Positions 24,101 through 36,014 are shown, counted from the whole stretch's first letter. The stretch is DNA of 59,397 nucleotides, filler included, from Sphacelaria rigidula (GCA_964200075.2; 4 parts of 4 records of this genome joined end to end with filler, not necessarily neighbours in it); one strand, 5' to 3'. Notes: generated from the sequence alone by a model not told the origin. Numbers and translations are program-made.

Positions 24101-27100
24101 TGTCGAACGGAACGCACGGTAGTACGTCAAAGGCAATGCATGTATGACCTTGGCGGTCTTGTGCGGTTCGACCCCGTGTACGCTAGGCTCTTGATAAGCC
24201 ACCAAATGAGCGAGATCGCAATTGGCGTACGCCGGCATATCGTCTCTATATGTCTCTATGTGTGTATGTAGAAGGTCTAGCACGTGAACGGTTGCTAAGT
24301 ACGTCGACGACGGCCATAAGATGGCAGCAATGGGCCTCAATTACTTGCAGCTATATTCGTGCACCTTTCGAGACATCAAACCCTACAGACACCGGAGCAC
24401 GGAAAGACAAGGCAGATCCCGGAAGGAATCGGTTGCTAACTAATGTCTTGTGATGGTATGCCGATAATGCGGGAAGCAAACGGTGCTGAGGTCATAGGTG
24501 GGTCGCTTAATTTTCTTTGCCAGCGAACCCATTCGGAGCCATGACCCCTACGAGTCCAAACACGTGAAAAGTGTGAATACTGTATGAAGAGCTATTGATA
24601 TCTGAAAAATCAACAAATATGAAGCGTGTTTACCTCGCACTTAGCAGCAGCTTCCTGAGTAGCCGTCGACAAATTCTTCGCCTCGTGGAACATGGTATTT
24701 AGCCTCCTAGCCGCGTCTTCTAGCTTGCGCAGTTTCTGCTCCGTGTCACCACCTCTCGCGATGAGGATCTCTGCATCTAGCGCTGTTGCCCTGTCAAGAC
24801 GCACCAAAGAGGAGAGAGGGGAGGGGGTGGAGGGGGGGAGGGTAAAGAGCTCAAGCGGCTATCCTTGCTCCCGAAAGATTGTTGGTGGGGAGAAGCCCAA
24901 ATTTCATTATCCCGTACGATAATGCTTAGCGAAGCCTTTGAAGTAAGCTCCTGGAGCTCACCACTCCGCACGTAATGGTCTGGCGTGTCTAGTTTGTTAT
25001 AGTCAACGGCAGAGTCAAACAGTTATACCTGGCCGGTGAAAAGTACATCAACATGTCTCAGCAGCAAACGCAAAAACAGATACTTCGTATAGGATCTGGC
25101 AGAACACCACTGACGGAAAATGTGTGAGTAACGTGTAAATCCTCACGTACAGAAGGGTAGTTGATACCGCGAGAGCCCACAGTTATTTTCGACTCACATC
25201 TCCATGGCTCCATCGATGGCCTTGAGGGTGTCTGTCGAGGCGGCCATGATTCTGTCCATGAGTCCCACTGCGTACGTGCCCAACTCGTCTTCTCGTGCCG
25301 CCTGTATGAAAGATTTCACCTGCATGTTTGCCGCAAGGCGCAGCACCACCGAAGGAATTCACCCTTCAAGGAACCCAGTCTGGCGATCGTTTACCACTGT
25401 AGGTTAACGCAAAAACAAAGGAGGTCACACTTGGATAATACGAGTATGGTAAACACGTCACTGACCAGCATTTTTACACGGGCAGTCACGAAACTAAAGG
25501 ACTTGTACTTGTGCCACAGCTTTCAACGATTTTGCATACTTGATGTCTCAGGCACATCACTGCTTACGAAGTAATTGCGACTGGTCTCCCTGTAGCAATT
25601 ATTAGTGCCATGGGATGGACCTGTCGGATATCGTATTATCTTGTGAACTGGTGCCATCCACCGCACTACGTGGGCTGTACATATCCGGCCTCTCAAGTAT
25701 CTCTCCCACTGCAAGGTGGTGCCACCTTGTGCACCCTTGATCTGCCAAGCTTTGTGTTACCTGCGGGGAAGTTCCACCAGCCTTCTTAGCCTTCTTGGCC
25801 ACTGTCTCCAGCTCGTATAGCTCATCTTCGTCTACAACCGGCGAGGGCTGGGGACGTTGAACGGGCTGGTCCTCTTCGTCGCTGTCTCCGGCCTTCCCAA
25901 GCAATTTTTCAGCCTCCGCTTGGGCCTTGTTTACCAAAGTCTCGGTCGACGTGACGACCGCCTTATAAAGAATTACACCGAAATCGGGCAGGGGTGGCGG
26001 GAGGGAGTTGGCACGGCCGCCGGAACGGCGAGGGGAAGGTCAGGTGTCTGCTGGCATCAACCATGCGACACCGGAGTACGTGTTTGATCAGTTATCGCTA
26101 TGTTCTCGAGGTTCAGGAAATGAAGGCTCAGAATACAAACGGGAAAGAGTACGTGTTGAAAGCACGGCAAGAAACATAATAAAAAAAAACAAGAAGTGCG
26201 AGCTACAGTGCCCGGAGCCACCCCACTGACGCACGAGACTCGGCGGGTGGAGGAGGATAGCGTGCGTGATCAACAGGTGTCACCGTTTCGAATCGACGAC
26301 GGCTTGACAATGAGGGAGTCAACTCTACAGTAGTCCGTGCATTCGTGGCATGTCGGCCACGTGCTGCGTGATTTTTGAGTGCGAATCCTCACGCAACTAC
26401 TCTTTTCCAATCGGTTCGCAGTCAAAACGTTGACGTACCTGAGCCTCATCAGCAGCAGCCTTGGCTTTGTGCCTGTTGGCCAATGCCTCCTGCAACCGCT
26501 CGAAGATCCAGGGACCCTTGTCAGCGCTGGTCTCGTTCAGAATTTTCTGCAGGGTGGAGATCTGCCCGGCTCGGAAGAACACTCGAGTTCTGCCCAACCT
26601 GAACGCCTCCGAGGGGACCTAACCCCCTCAAGCAAAATACGTAGATCGGCGAGGCGGTTAAGAGGAGATCAGCTGTGTTCATAGTCGCACTTGTGCAGTT
26701 TTGGATGAGGAGGGCAGGATGTGAAGAAATCACGAAGTGGGGCAGTCTTGTCCAAGATCCGCACGAAATCCAGAGTAGTTATCAGAGCTGGGTCTTAAAG
26801 CACACTCTTCACCATTATTCCGATTAGCTAACGCACGTATCTTCTGGTTCACCCCGGGGGTACTCGCGCATTCAACGCTACTGAGATCGACCTGCGGGTG
26901 CATCGATCCTCTCCGTACTGGGCATCTCTCGGCAATTGAGGTGTACCTCAAAGGCCCAGAGAATGGATGCGATGAGCGCCGTCTCAGGTTCCGCGTAGAA
27001 GAGCTTCTCGGCGTCCGCCGCTGCACTGCCGAGCACCTCCTTCAGCTCGGTGTAAGTCACCCGGGTGGGCATGCCAACCTTGAGGACCTCGCACGTTTGT

Positions 27101-29095
27101 AGGATCCCCAGGCACTGCAGCTGGGCCACTACATATCTGCCCGACCGAACAGGACGAGAAGGGGCACGATGGCACCGTCGTTACAGATGGACGGAAACAG
27201 CAGATGGGAATTAATAACGTTTAACATTTCATTCGGTCGTAGAGATGATCCATTAAACTCTTCTCCTCCTGACCTGAGTTCGAGTCTCGCGTCTGAGAGG
27301 CTGAACATGGCAGTTTATAGCCCCCACGGCCCGGTGGTCTAATGGTGAAACTGACACAATTCGGCTGGAATAACGCAGGTTCGACTCCCACCAAGCACGC
27401 CTGGGATTTTTCTTAAAAGGTGTCCGATTTACGTCGTGGAAAGTACAAGGACGTGAATATCACCAAGATTATGTTGGACGGAGTTTGTGTGAGACAAGAG
27501 TCGACGCTGCGCGGGAAGTGCTGATGGTCATGATCCAATCCGCGAGACCAAAATAAAAGGCATGCACCGCGAAGAGGTGGGTTTGATGTCTTGAGACCAC
27601 GGACTCGTCCCGAGGAAGCGGAACGGGTTAAAATAAAAGTGTGACGAAAACAAAATGACTATAGCAGGGCATGATGTGGTGGTCTCCTCGAATAAATGTG
27701 ACGATAAATGGTTTAGCCGGTGTAAATAGTGTGTCATCGTTTGTAAATGCCCACTGTGCGTGGGCAAACCCTCTATCCGACGGCAGAAGCCCCCGAAACG
27801 GAACATTTCCTGCGAGGACATAACATCGCCGTGCTCTTGCGTAGGTGCTCGAAAGCACCACGAGGACGACGGACGCGCACCCACCGTGTTCAGAACCCGA
27901 TTTCCCCTCCCACGACGACCAATACCCCACCGTCATTCTCTGTCTCTGCTGTATCCCTGTGTGTCGAGAGTCCACCAAGAAATCCCCCATCCATGCTTCA
28001 CGTTCTTTGACGCGGTATCGATCGAAGTTCTTTACCGCGCCGACTCCGAGCCAAGACGCGTTGTAATATATTGTAGAGCCCTCTATTTCTCAGCCATGAG
28101 TACTTCAAAGTTCGGACATCTAGCAGAGGCACCACCAGCGCAAAAGCGGGCAAAAGGTCCAAGCTACACTATTCACTATACAATGAGGTTCTGCCTAAGC
28201 AACAGAAACGCGGTTCAGTTCCAGGCGTTTTTTTGTGGCATAGAGGGACTGGCTCACTTGTTATCGTAGACGCCGACCTTCATGGCAGCGTTGGGCTTGA
28301 TACACCGGACGAAGTTGCAAGTGGTGGCGAGGAGCGTTTCGTTAAGGTCTTGCATCGACTTCATGAACGCCTTGGCCACCGTGGGTTTCTTCAGGGCCTG
28401 CCGATTGCCGCATGCACGAACACGTGAAAACCGGGTGGACAATATTTGCAGCTTAAGTGGCAATATCTACGACATCAGACGTCAAGTTGAAACTTTCGGG
28501 GTTGTACTCCTTATTTTATCGAAGTACATGCGACAAGTCCGTGTGATTAGAGGGTGCACAGACTTGCTAAACTTGGCGACCGCACAATCGAATCACAATG
28601 GCACACAACATGGATGTCGATGCTCCTGGCCAACACTGTATGAACCGCGCATCCAACATACGCGGACACGAAGATCACAGCAACGAGGCAGCACCCACTA
28701 GTCCTCATTTTATTGAAGTAATTGCGACAAGGGCTGCGTGATTCGAGGGTGAACAGACATCCCAGAATGGCAACCGTACAGTTGAATCAAAGTAGCACAC
28801 TACATGATCGTCCATGCTCCCAGCCATTACCGTATGAAGCGCACATTCAGTATACGGGATTGCGATGATAACAGCAACGTAGCAACACCCAAAACCTCCC
28901 GTAACGACCAGAGAAGGTTGACAATATCTCAATGTAAGGAGTGGCGTTCATAGGAGCCGACGCGCCTACGTAAGAGCCAACGCGCCTACGGTGTTCGCTG
29001 GCTACGCCGTAAAACTTTACCCGAGATGACCTCCCGCCTCGACTGCCACCGCCTGCCGGAGCCGCCCCGTATTTCTCCGTCACTTCTCTCACAAC
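15250..29095 (-). CDS. Unconventional myosin heavy chain, partial (C-terminal motor/converter, helical and SAH-like tail, PH domain)
   Basis: 14 GT-AG exons in consistent phase: 29095-29021, 28397-28258, 27136-26947, 26618-26439, 25961-25761, 25319-25198, 24790-24634, 23483-23290, 22669-22339, 19711-19569, 17816-17678, 16606-16487, 15890-15816, 15377-15250 (~730 aa). Motor motifs KKPTVAKAF...LNETLLATTCNFVRCIKPN, VVAQLQCLGILQTCEVLKVGMPTR and FRLGRTRVFFRAG. PH motifs LQGHLIIQ...WKTRYFVLEDG and VNKWIKAI. Both ends lie off the contig. Confidence 0.92.
18062..18430 (+). mobile_element. tRNA-derived SINE (family A) in a myosin intron
   Basis: Head GCCCCGGTGGCTCAGTTTGG (A box) ... GGTTCGAATCTC (B box) without a proper cloverleaf, then body and (CA)-rich tail. 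A second copy of the head is at 44477-44526. Confidence 0.65.
19790..19873 (-). mobile_element. tRNA-derived SINE head (family B)
   Basis: Reverse complement CGCGCTCCGATTGTCTAATGGTG...GGTTCGATTCCCGCC resembles the heads at 27329 and 31728. Confidence 0.55.
21073..21101. repeat. (TA)n microsatellite
   Basis: Read directly from the sequence. Confidence 0.9.
27325..27650 (+). mobile_element. tRNA-derived SINE (family B)
   Basis: Head CCCGGTGGTCTAATGGTG...GGTTCGACTCCC. Body TCATGATCCAATCCGCGAGACCAAAAT...TTGAGACCACGGACTCGTCCCGAGGAAG is shared with 31944-32040, 34550-34635(-) and 47515-47625. Confidence 0.7.
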
Positions 29096-29448
29096 CTGCA
29101 CTCGCGTCGCAACAAATACGAAACACGCGCTCACGTGTCGATGCGTGGACGGGGTGCGTGGAGGTATGGCAACAAGAGTACCAGGACCAGGACCAGCAAG
29201 AGTAGGACCCCGGTGAAACAGTAAAAAGCAACAGGCGTCACGTGGCCGGAAGTGAGTGACACTATCTCAACCGTTTGTTGTACATTCCAAGAAAACATGT
29301 TGCGCTCCAGAGAAGACACATCATTATACACGATTCCCTCGTTTATCCGTCTGCCGCCCCCCGGACCCTCAATATGTGTCTTCACTTCACGGAGACGCAT
29401 GGTCTACGGTAGGACGGTATGATCCGCAAAACATGAGTTTGCGCCCCC

Positions 29449-29652
29449 GGTGAGACACCCATGAGGCAGTGTATAAGACGTGGCTGTCTCTGGAAGTGGC
29501 GATACCAGACAATGAAACAACTCACTGGAGGCTGTCATCCAAATGCAAGATAATCAGTGGTAGGCTTCGGGCCGAACCATCTTAGCAGGATGCAGCTCAC
29601 CCTTCATGCGACTCGCCGAACACACCACGGCGCTTCGCGCTTGGGGGTTGAG
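29449..29652 (+). mobile_element. Dispersed repeat family C (probable 3' part of a second LINE family)
   Basis: GGTGAGACACCCATGAGGCAG...CTGGAAGTGGCGATACCAG...CATGCGACTCGCCGAACAC is shared with 34960-35150, 45417-45490 and 52730-52830(-). Confidence 0.7.
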
Positions 29653-29752
29653 NNNNNNNNNNNNNNNNNNNNNNNNNNNNNNNNNNNNNNNNNNNNTTAA
29701 TTAATTAANNNNNNNNNNNNNNNNNNNNNNNNNNNNNNNNNNNNNNNNNNNN
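29653..29752. other. Artificial contig linker N44-TTAATTAATTAA-N44
   Basis: Identical to the other two linkers. Confidence 0.97.
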
Positions 29753-31307
29753 ACTCGTCTGTGTCGATGAGATATTGCTTGTAGAGCTTAAATCCGTTTT
29801 TAGGCTGGCCTAGCTCGTATATTTGGGAGATGTGTTGGATTTCGGGACTCTTGGAATCTGCATGCTGCCGAGTTAATTTTTTCCTTCATTGAAATCGCCG
29901 TGCCCCCCCTCGCTCAACAGTGCGCACGCCCGATTTTCCCGCACATAGTTCTTGTCGTGAAAAATGAGGAACCAAGCACGCCTTGTTGAACTGCGTGCAC
30001 TGACCCCTGATGCACGGTACGGTTTGACACGGTGGAGTTTTGATTGTTATAATTGCTCAAAAATGCGCTTTTGACATTGCATAAAGTGTCAAAACATGTT
30101 TTTCTGGGGACATTTGAATGGCTTGCACCAACGAGCAAAGTGTATAAAAATGGCACTCTTCCACACCCTCCATTGCATCTCTCGGAAAGTGCCTGCACCT
30201 TCTCAGCACCTGGCTTGTCCTCTGTAAGCCACAAATTGCGACTGAGCGGTCTACTACACGACGAGTAAGTGGACTGCACATGCTCTAGATCGTTCCTGTC
30301 TCGAGATGCCTGCACGCCCGCCTTCTCCAGATCTTGGCCAGAGTATAGGTCTGCTAGACACAGGACTTGTAGTGGTCCTATTGATCAATGAATGGCTCTA
30401 TTTTACGGCGTAAGCTTGAACAAATAGGGAGTGTTTCTCTCCAATCGTTGAGACTGGTTTCAGGCAATCTATGAGCCCCCAATACTTCGGTAGATGGTAC
30501 ATGTTTATATAGCATTATCAGCGTGGACGGCTTGTGCCGAATTCGTATCGTTTCGTACACATGAGATGTGTTGATGAACCCGACTCAGTTTATTTTCGCG
30601 CTTCGCCTTCATGAGTTCCCGTTGGTCCCATGGTACCAGCCGCAGCACCACCACAGATTTTCATCTGCAGTGAATGTCGAACGTTTTTTACCTGCCATAC
30701 ACCCCGTCGTCCTCCATATTTCCTCTTGGATAAGACACTGGGATAAGCTCGCAAATAAACGATAATCTGCCGAGCTACTATCCCAAACAGCTCTAGGATC
30801 TGGTTCAACACCCGTTCGCCCGTTTGCCGGCCCCACATTTTTCAATACCTATTTACTTTGAGGTAGCATTGCTGCGATGACATGAAGTGTTTTTCGTGTG
30901 ATATGTCGATACAAGAACTATCAGTCGGTACTGCAGGTACTATTTTTCCTCGCGAGAAGTGTATGCATGTTTTGTATATGTTCATTCCTCTTCGCTGATG
31001 GCAAACCAGTCAGATCACACATACATGAACGGAAGGTGGTGATTTTTCACTGGCGCAGTCTTACGCTCATGTTGGCTTGGCTGTCGTTGGTAGGTGCACT
31101 CCTATTTTGACGATGGTCGCTGTTGAACTTTCAGCAGTCTGTCGCCATCTCTCTCTATGTGCCTCCCCCCCCCCGCGCCTCTTCCCCTCTCTACGTATCA
31201 TTTTTCACTTGTTGGGTATCAACACCTGTTTTTTCAAAGGTATCCGCCCCTTCCCCCCTCTCTGTCCTTTTCCAATTTATTGGGTATCAACACCTGTTTG
31301 CTCAAAG

Positions 31308-34300
31308 GTATCGGCCACAGCCATGGGCAAGGCCGCCGCGGGACCCGTTGAGCGAGAATGCGGCCGATGAGGAGGAAAACTTCCTCATGAAGACGGCAAG
31401 ATTGTGCACGTTCGTCGGTGGTACGGCGGCATTTTCCTTCCTCATGCATGTCATGAACAAGTGGGTAATTGCAATTGCTGCTGCTGCTGTTGTCGTCGAT
31501 GTTGTTGTTGCATCAGCAATCTACATGAGTGTAGTGTGAGACTCTGGTATTGAGACCCTGGCCCAAGCAAGTAAAGCTGCCTGCTACCACAAAACTACCC
31601 TTGCTTTCCAGTTATCCCTTCAGCGACCAACGCGCAAAATATCTATGGGGTGAAGGCGGCATAGTAATTTTTTTGAAATGAATCGCCGAGGTTGAATCGC
31701 TGGCATAGGCGGATAGCAACAGTCCAAGCCGCCGCGCTCCGGTGGTCTAAATTAAAATGGTAGAGCTGATAGCATTATTTTAGTATGGAAATAAAAATAC
31801 TGGTTCGATTCTCGCCCGATGTTTTTTTTTCTTGCTGAGAAGTATATAATTTCCGTCGTCGAAGCCGTGAGAATGTGGGTAGTACAAATATCTTGTTTGA
31901 CGGGGTTTGCTTCACGAGAGTCGAAGCGGTGCGGGAGTACTGGTCATGATCCAATCCGCCAGACCAAAATGCAAGGCGTGTACCGGGAGAGAGATGGGTT
32001 CATCCCCTGAGACCACAGACACATCCCGAGGAAGGGGAGGGGTTTCAAAGTAAAAGAGAAAAAGGTGAACAAGTCAGAACAAAAAAATGCGTAAATCGGA
32101 AAAAAATAGTGATAAAAGCGTGCCACCCAGGTTATACAACACGTTACCCGCTCTCAACCCACGGTAAATAGCAAATTAGTCACGAGTCCAGTACGAGTTT
32201 GAGGCGCACCGCTGATTTTTGTACAGAGGGTAACGCCAAACACCAGCCCCGACTTAGACCAGCCAAGGGGGAGGTCAGCCTAGAGACGAACACATTGCAC
32301 GTCCAGAGCTACGTGTATAGCAGGCAGGGAAAGGGCTGGACAAACACGCGACGAACCGCTTCCGGTGTACACGGTCACAGACGAGCAGCGTGCTCTGCTT
32401 GCCGACCCAGGTCATTCCAGCCTATGCGGCCAGCAGATGAAGGAGCGATAGGCAACGTGGCCATGCACACGGTGCTTACTGTAGACTACAATATCCTCCC
32501 AATACACGCCGCTGCTGCACTGGCATCATGTCCAGAGCCGCTTGTAGTTGTGAAGGGTGATGCGGAAGCAGACTAATTATTGTTGTACTATCTTAAATTC
32601 CTCCTTCCTCCGTTTGTCAATGTTTTGCCAACAGTTGGCGTAGCTGTACTCTTGTAAAATCACAGGGTATTTTGCATGCATGATGACTGCACACGTGTAC
32701 ATGCTGAGTCACGTTAAATACATTGGTAGTGATTTACGGTGACATTGGTCATTTCCCACTAACAACCTGAACAGGCCTTTCAGTTATTGAAAGGTAACGA
32801 TTACTTGAGGGTGAGTCGCCATGCGAACACAAGGAGTGTCTACAATGAACCGCCCAGAAAGACATGTCGGCCTTTCAGAGCTCGGGCACGTAAACGCTTG
32901 ATATATTGCATGCGTGTGACAAGCTGCTGTTTTTGGCGTCTCTTGTTGTCACCTCCTGTTATACTTGACTTGACTGTGTGCTTGTCCAGTTCCAGGTTCG
33001 ACCGAGGAGAAAAATATCCGCGATACGGACCGATTGAGAGGGGGACAAAGGCGACGGACACAGAAAAAAAGATGACGTTGGAGAAAGAAAAGAGACGTAA
33101 AATACGTTTTGACTGGTGTTTTTGCAACCGACCGGGTGACCGCCATGTGCTTGTGAAACCGTGACACGAGCCGCCCCTCGAAAACTCGTGTCCATGGCTG
33201 CGCCTGCTTTGTGTTGTCCAAGGTTTGAGCTAAAGGAAGACGAGCATTACACCGCCTTTCTCGAAGCGGTCAAGGAGAGACCGCCAGGGGTGCCACTTCT
33301 GACGGTTTCAAATCACTGTTCTCCACTCGACGACCCCGGGGTTCTGGTGGGCATGCTGCCGGCTTCCGTAACTATGCGACCGGAGCGTATGCGGTGGACA
33401 ATTTGCGCACAGGAAATCTGCTTCAAGTGGACCGCTGCTTCTGCTGCGTTTGGTTCCGCAAAGGTCCGGGTGTTGCGTTGTGCAGATTTTTGAGTGCTGG
33501 GCGTTTCTCAAGGCGAAAAAAATAACGGCGGTGTTCCCTCACTCTCGTACTGTACTGGAGCGTGGTTTTGTCTACCCGTATTGTCTACCCCCAACAATCC
33601 AAACCACCGCACTGCCGTTGCGTGACTTTGAAAGATGAAACGCGTTTCTTTTGTTTCACGTGTTGAAGAAGACAACGATGAACTGCACGTCCGTGTGTCG
33701 AGTCCATCTGCGTTCAGCAAAAAGCGTGCGCAAGCCATCAAATGATCACACGACGGAATCCATCTCTCGATTCAGGTAATGCCCATCGCCCGCGGAGAGG
33801 GCATTGACCAGCGACAGCTGCTGAACTACTACCGAAGATTGTCGGCAGGAGGATGGTGCCATATATTCCCAGGTAAAAGGTTGCATGGCATGTGCTCGCC
33901 AGCTTAGTCACCACTGTCGTGCAGTAAGGCAAGGTCAGTTTTCATGCGATACTCGTGGGGATAGATGGCAGCAGGAACGGTGCTGGACGGAAAGACAGGA
34001 GGCGGGAGGACGGGCCAACGATGTAAATAAAAATATTGAGCAGTCCCACACAACACCAGGATAGATTGCACAACGTTGCAGAAATTATGTGCATGGATTT
34101 TTGAAACGTGTGCAGTGGCGGAACGAAGATGGGACCTGTTTTCAGCACTATTTCAAGATAAAGGGATAGACGAGAGAGTTGTAAGGCATATAACATGGTT
34201 GCTTTTGTCAAATTTTTTCATATCAACTTGTGTAATCTTGGAAATTGAAAGGAGGCTGAGCACACTTCAAGAAAAAATTGTGAAATCCCCTCCCCCCCCC

Positions 34301-36014
34301 TCGTTCCCTGCTTCATTTCGAAGGTTGGCATCGGTTGGCAACGAAGCTGTTGAACACGCCACTCACCGCGTATGCTAGGCAACCGGGTTACCGTTCTTTT
34401 TCGCTTGCATTTTTTTGCGGCAACTACTCGTATGATTGTCGAGTTTGATCGTATTGTGCGCGGTGGAGAATCTCAACTCCGCGCAGAGGGATGGTGTTCT
34501 TTTTGTTCGTTTGTCACATTTTTGTTCGTTTGTCACACTTTCGAATCCCCCCCTTCTTCGGGACGAGTCCGTGGTCTCAAGGGATCACCCCATCTCTCCC
34601 CGGTACACGCCTTGCATTTGGCCTCGCGGATTGGGGAATGACTGCCGCACCGTGTCAACTCTTGTCAAACAAACTCAATCAACTACCTTTTTGTTACTCA
34701 CGTACTCACGCTTTTGACGTTAGGAATCAGATACTTCAAAGAAAATCCCCCAAACATCGAGATTCGAACAACGTTCTCTCCATCCTAATGGTGGTAGTCG
34801 AACCACTACACCACCGGGGCGCGGCAAAGGAACAGCACCAGGGCATCTCACGTAATCCCCCACCATAGAACTAGCCAGGCCCGACCCCGCTTTACTTCTC
34901 AGAGCGGACGGGATGTGGTGCTATCGACGTGGCATGACCATTCTACGTTGTGTTTAAAATGGTGAGACATCCACGAGGCAGTGGAACCCGTGACTATCTC
35001 TGGATGTGGCGATGCCAGAGAATGAAGAATCTCATTTGAGGCTGTCATCTGTACGCAAGACAGCTAGTACGCTTCGGACCGAACAATCTCAGCAGAATGA
35101 AGCTCATCCTTCATGCGACTCGCCGAACACATGACGGCGCTCCGCGCTTGGTTATTGCGAGCCTTGTCCGGCACAAACCCGGCGTGCTCCGTCTCGGCTT
35201 TGTAGCAATGCGAGGTCAAAGGTCTTGTGACTACGGGATGCAGAATCATGATTACACCCCCCCCCCCCCCGTCTAACTCCTCCCCTCCCGCTCTTCCCCC
35301 CCGTCCTCACTCCAATCCACAAACGCATCAGAGGGGCACTGCGAGCAAGACGGGTCTCTGGGTGGTAGAGCCGCGGGTCCCAGCCGCGACAAGCATGGAC
35401 GACTCAAGTGGGGCGTCGGTAAGCTCATTGCGCATGCGACCGTGCCTCCGGTGGTGATCCCCATTTACCATACAGGCATGGCCAATGTCATGCCACTCAA
35501 TCCTTTCACACGGAAGATCCTCAAGGCAATGCCGAGGGCCGGCCACACCATCACAGCACGCGCGGGCGGAGCCATTAAGTTTGACGACCTCATAGAGTCC
35601 CACGTGGAATTGCATGGCCCTCTCAGGAAGTTAGAACCCGTCAAAGAATTCGCCAACAATGATTCCTCTTCGTCGTCCTCATCTTCTGTAAGCACGAACG
35701 GAGAGCGTTCGATTGAAGAGGGGGGAGCAGCGGCAACGAGAGGTGGGGGTGGGAGGGTTGACCTTGTGAAAGGGGAAGCGGGGGATAGGATGTGGAGATC
35801 GACAGCCGCAGAACGGCAGCTTTACAGCAAGATAGCGAGAAGAATAGAGGACGCACTGCTTGACTTGGAGGCGGAAACCAGGCGGGATATGGGGGATGCC
35901 TATCCCGGGTTTCCGCAAGAATCCGCCGCAATGCTACGTATTGTTGGGTTGCTTGAAGACGATGATGCAAGCGGGGGTGGACGCAACGGAGGTGGAGACG
36001 GCAGGCAGACGTGA
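31308..36014 (+). CDS. TAZ: Tafazzin-like phospholipid (lysophospholipid/cardiolipin) acyltransferase; 5' end uncertain
   Basis: Phase-consistent exons 31308-31460, 33223-33463, 33776-33872, 35332-36014(stop). Motifs PLLTVSNHCSPLDDP (HxxxxD catalytic motif), MRWTICAQEICF, KVMPIARGEGIDQ, GWCHIFPEG, RLKWGVGKLI and PVVIPIYHTGM are characteristic of the tafazzin family. Confidence 0.9.
31728..32060 (+). mobile_element. tRNA-derived SINE (family B) in tafazzin intron 1
   Basis: GCCGCCGCGCTCCGGTGGTCTAAATTAAAATGGTAG...GGTTCGATTCTCG head plus family-B body. A near-identical head occurs on the minus strand at 50189-50224. Confidence 0.7.
34501..34825 (-). mobile_element. tRNA-derived SINE (family B), full length
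   Basis: Reverse-complement head GCCGCGCCCCGGTGGTGTAGTGGTTCG...GTTCGAATCTCG, family-B body, and tail of (GTGACAAACGAACAAAAA)x2. Confidence 0.7.
34827..34944 (-). pseudogene. 5S rRNA-derived sequence (degenerate copy, ~118 nt)
   Basis: Reverse complement AGAATGGTCATGCCACGTCGATAGCACCACATCCCGTCCGCTCTGAGAAGTAAAGCGGGGTCGGGCCTGGCTAGTTCTATGGTGGGGGATTACGTGAGATGCCCTGGTGCTGTTCCTT follows the eukaryotic 5S consensus as recalled (GCACC..ATCCCGTCCG.TCT..GAAGTTAAGC...GGGCC.GG.TAGTAC...GTGGG.GACC...GGGAA...GGTGCTGT), with several substitutions. Confidence 0.8.
34945..35271 (+). mobile_element. Repeat family C (LINE-like 3' end, poly-C tail); its upstream part is at 34322-34500
   Basis: Collinear with 45150-45550 once the 34501-34944 insertion is removed; ends CATGATTACA followed by poly-C. 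Confidence 0.65.

Noticed and set aside
29753..30850. Minus-strand gene or missing myosin 5' exons
   Set aside because: This is a different contig; the fragments contain stops and no myosin motor motifs (P-loop GESGAGKT, switch I/II) were found.
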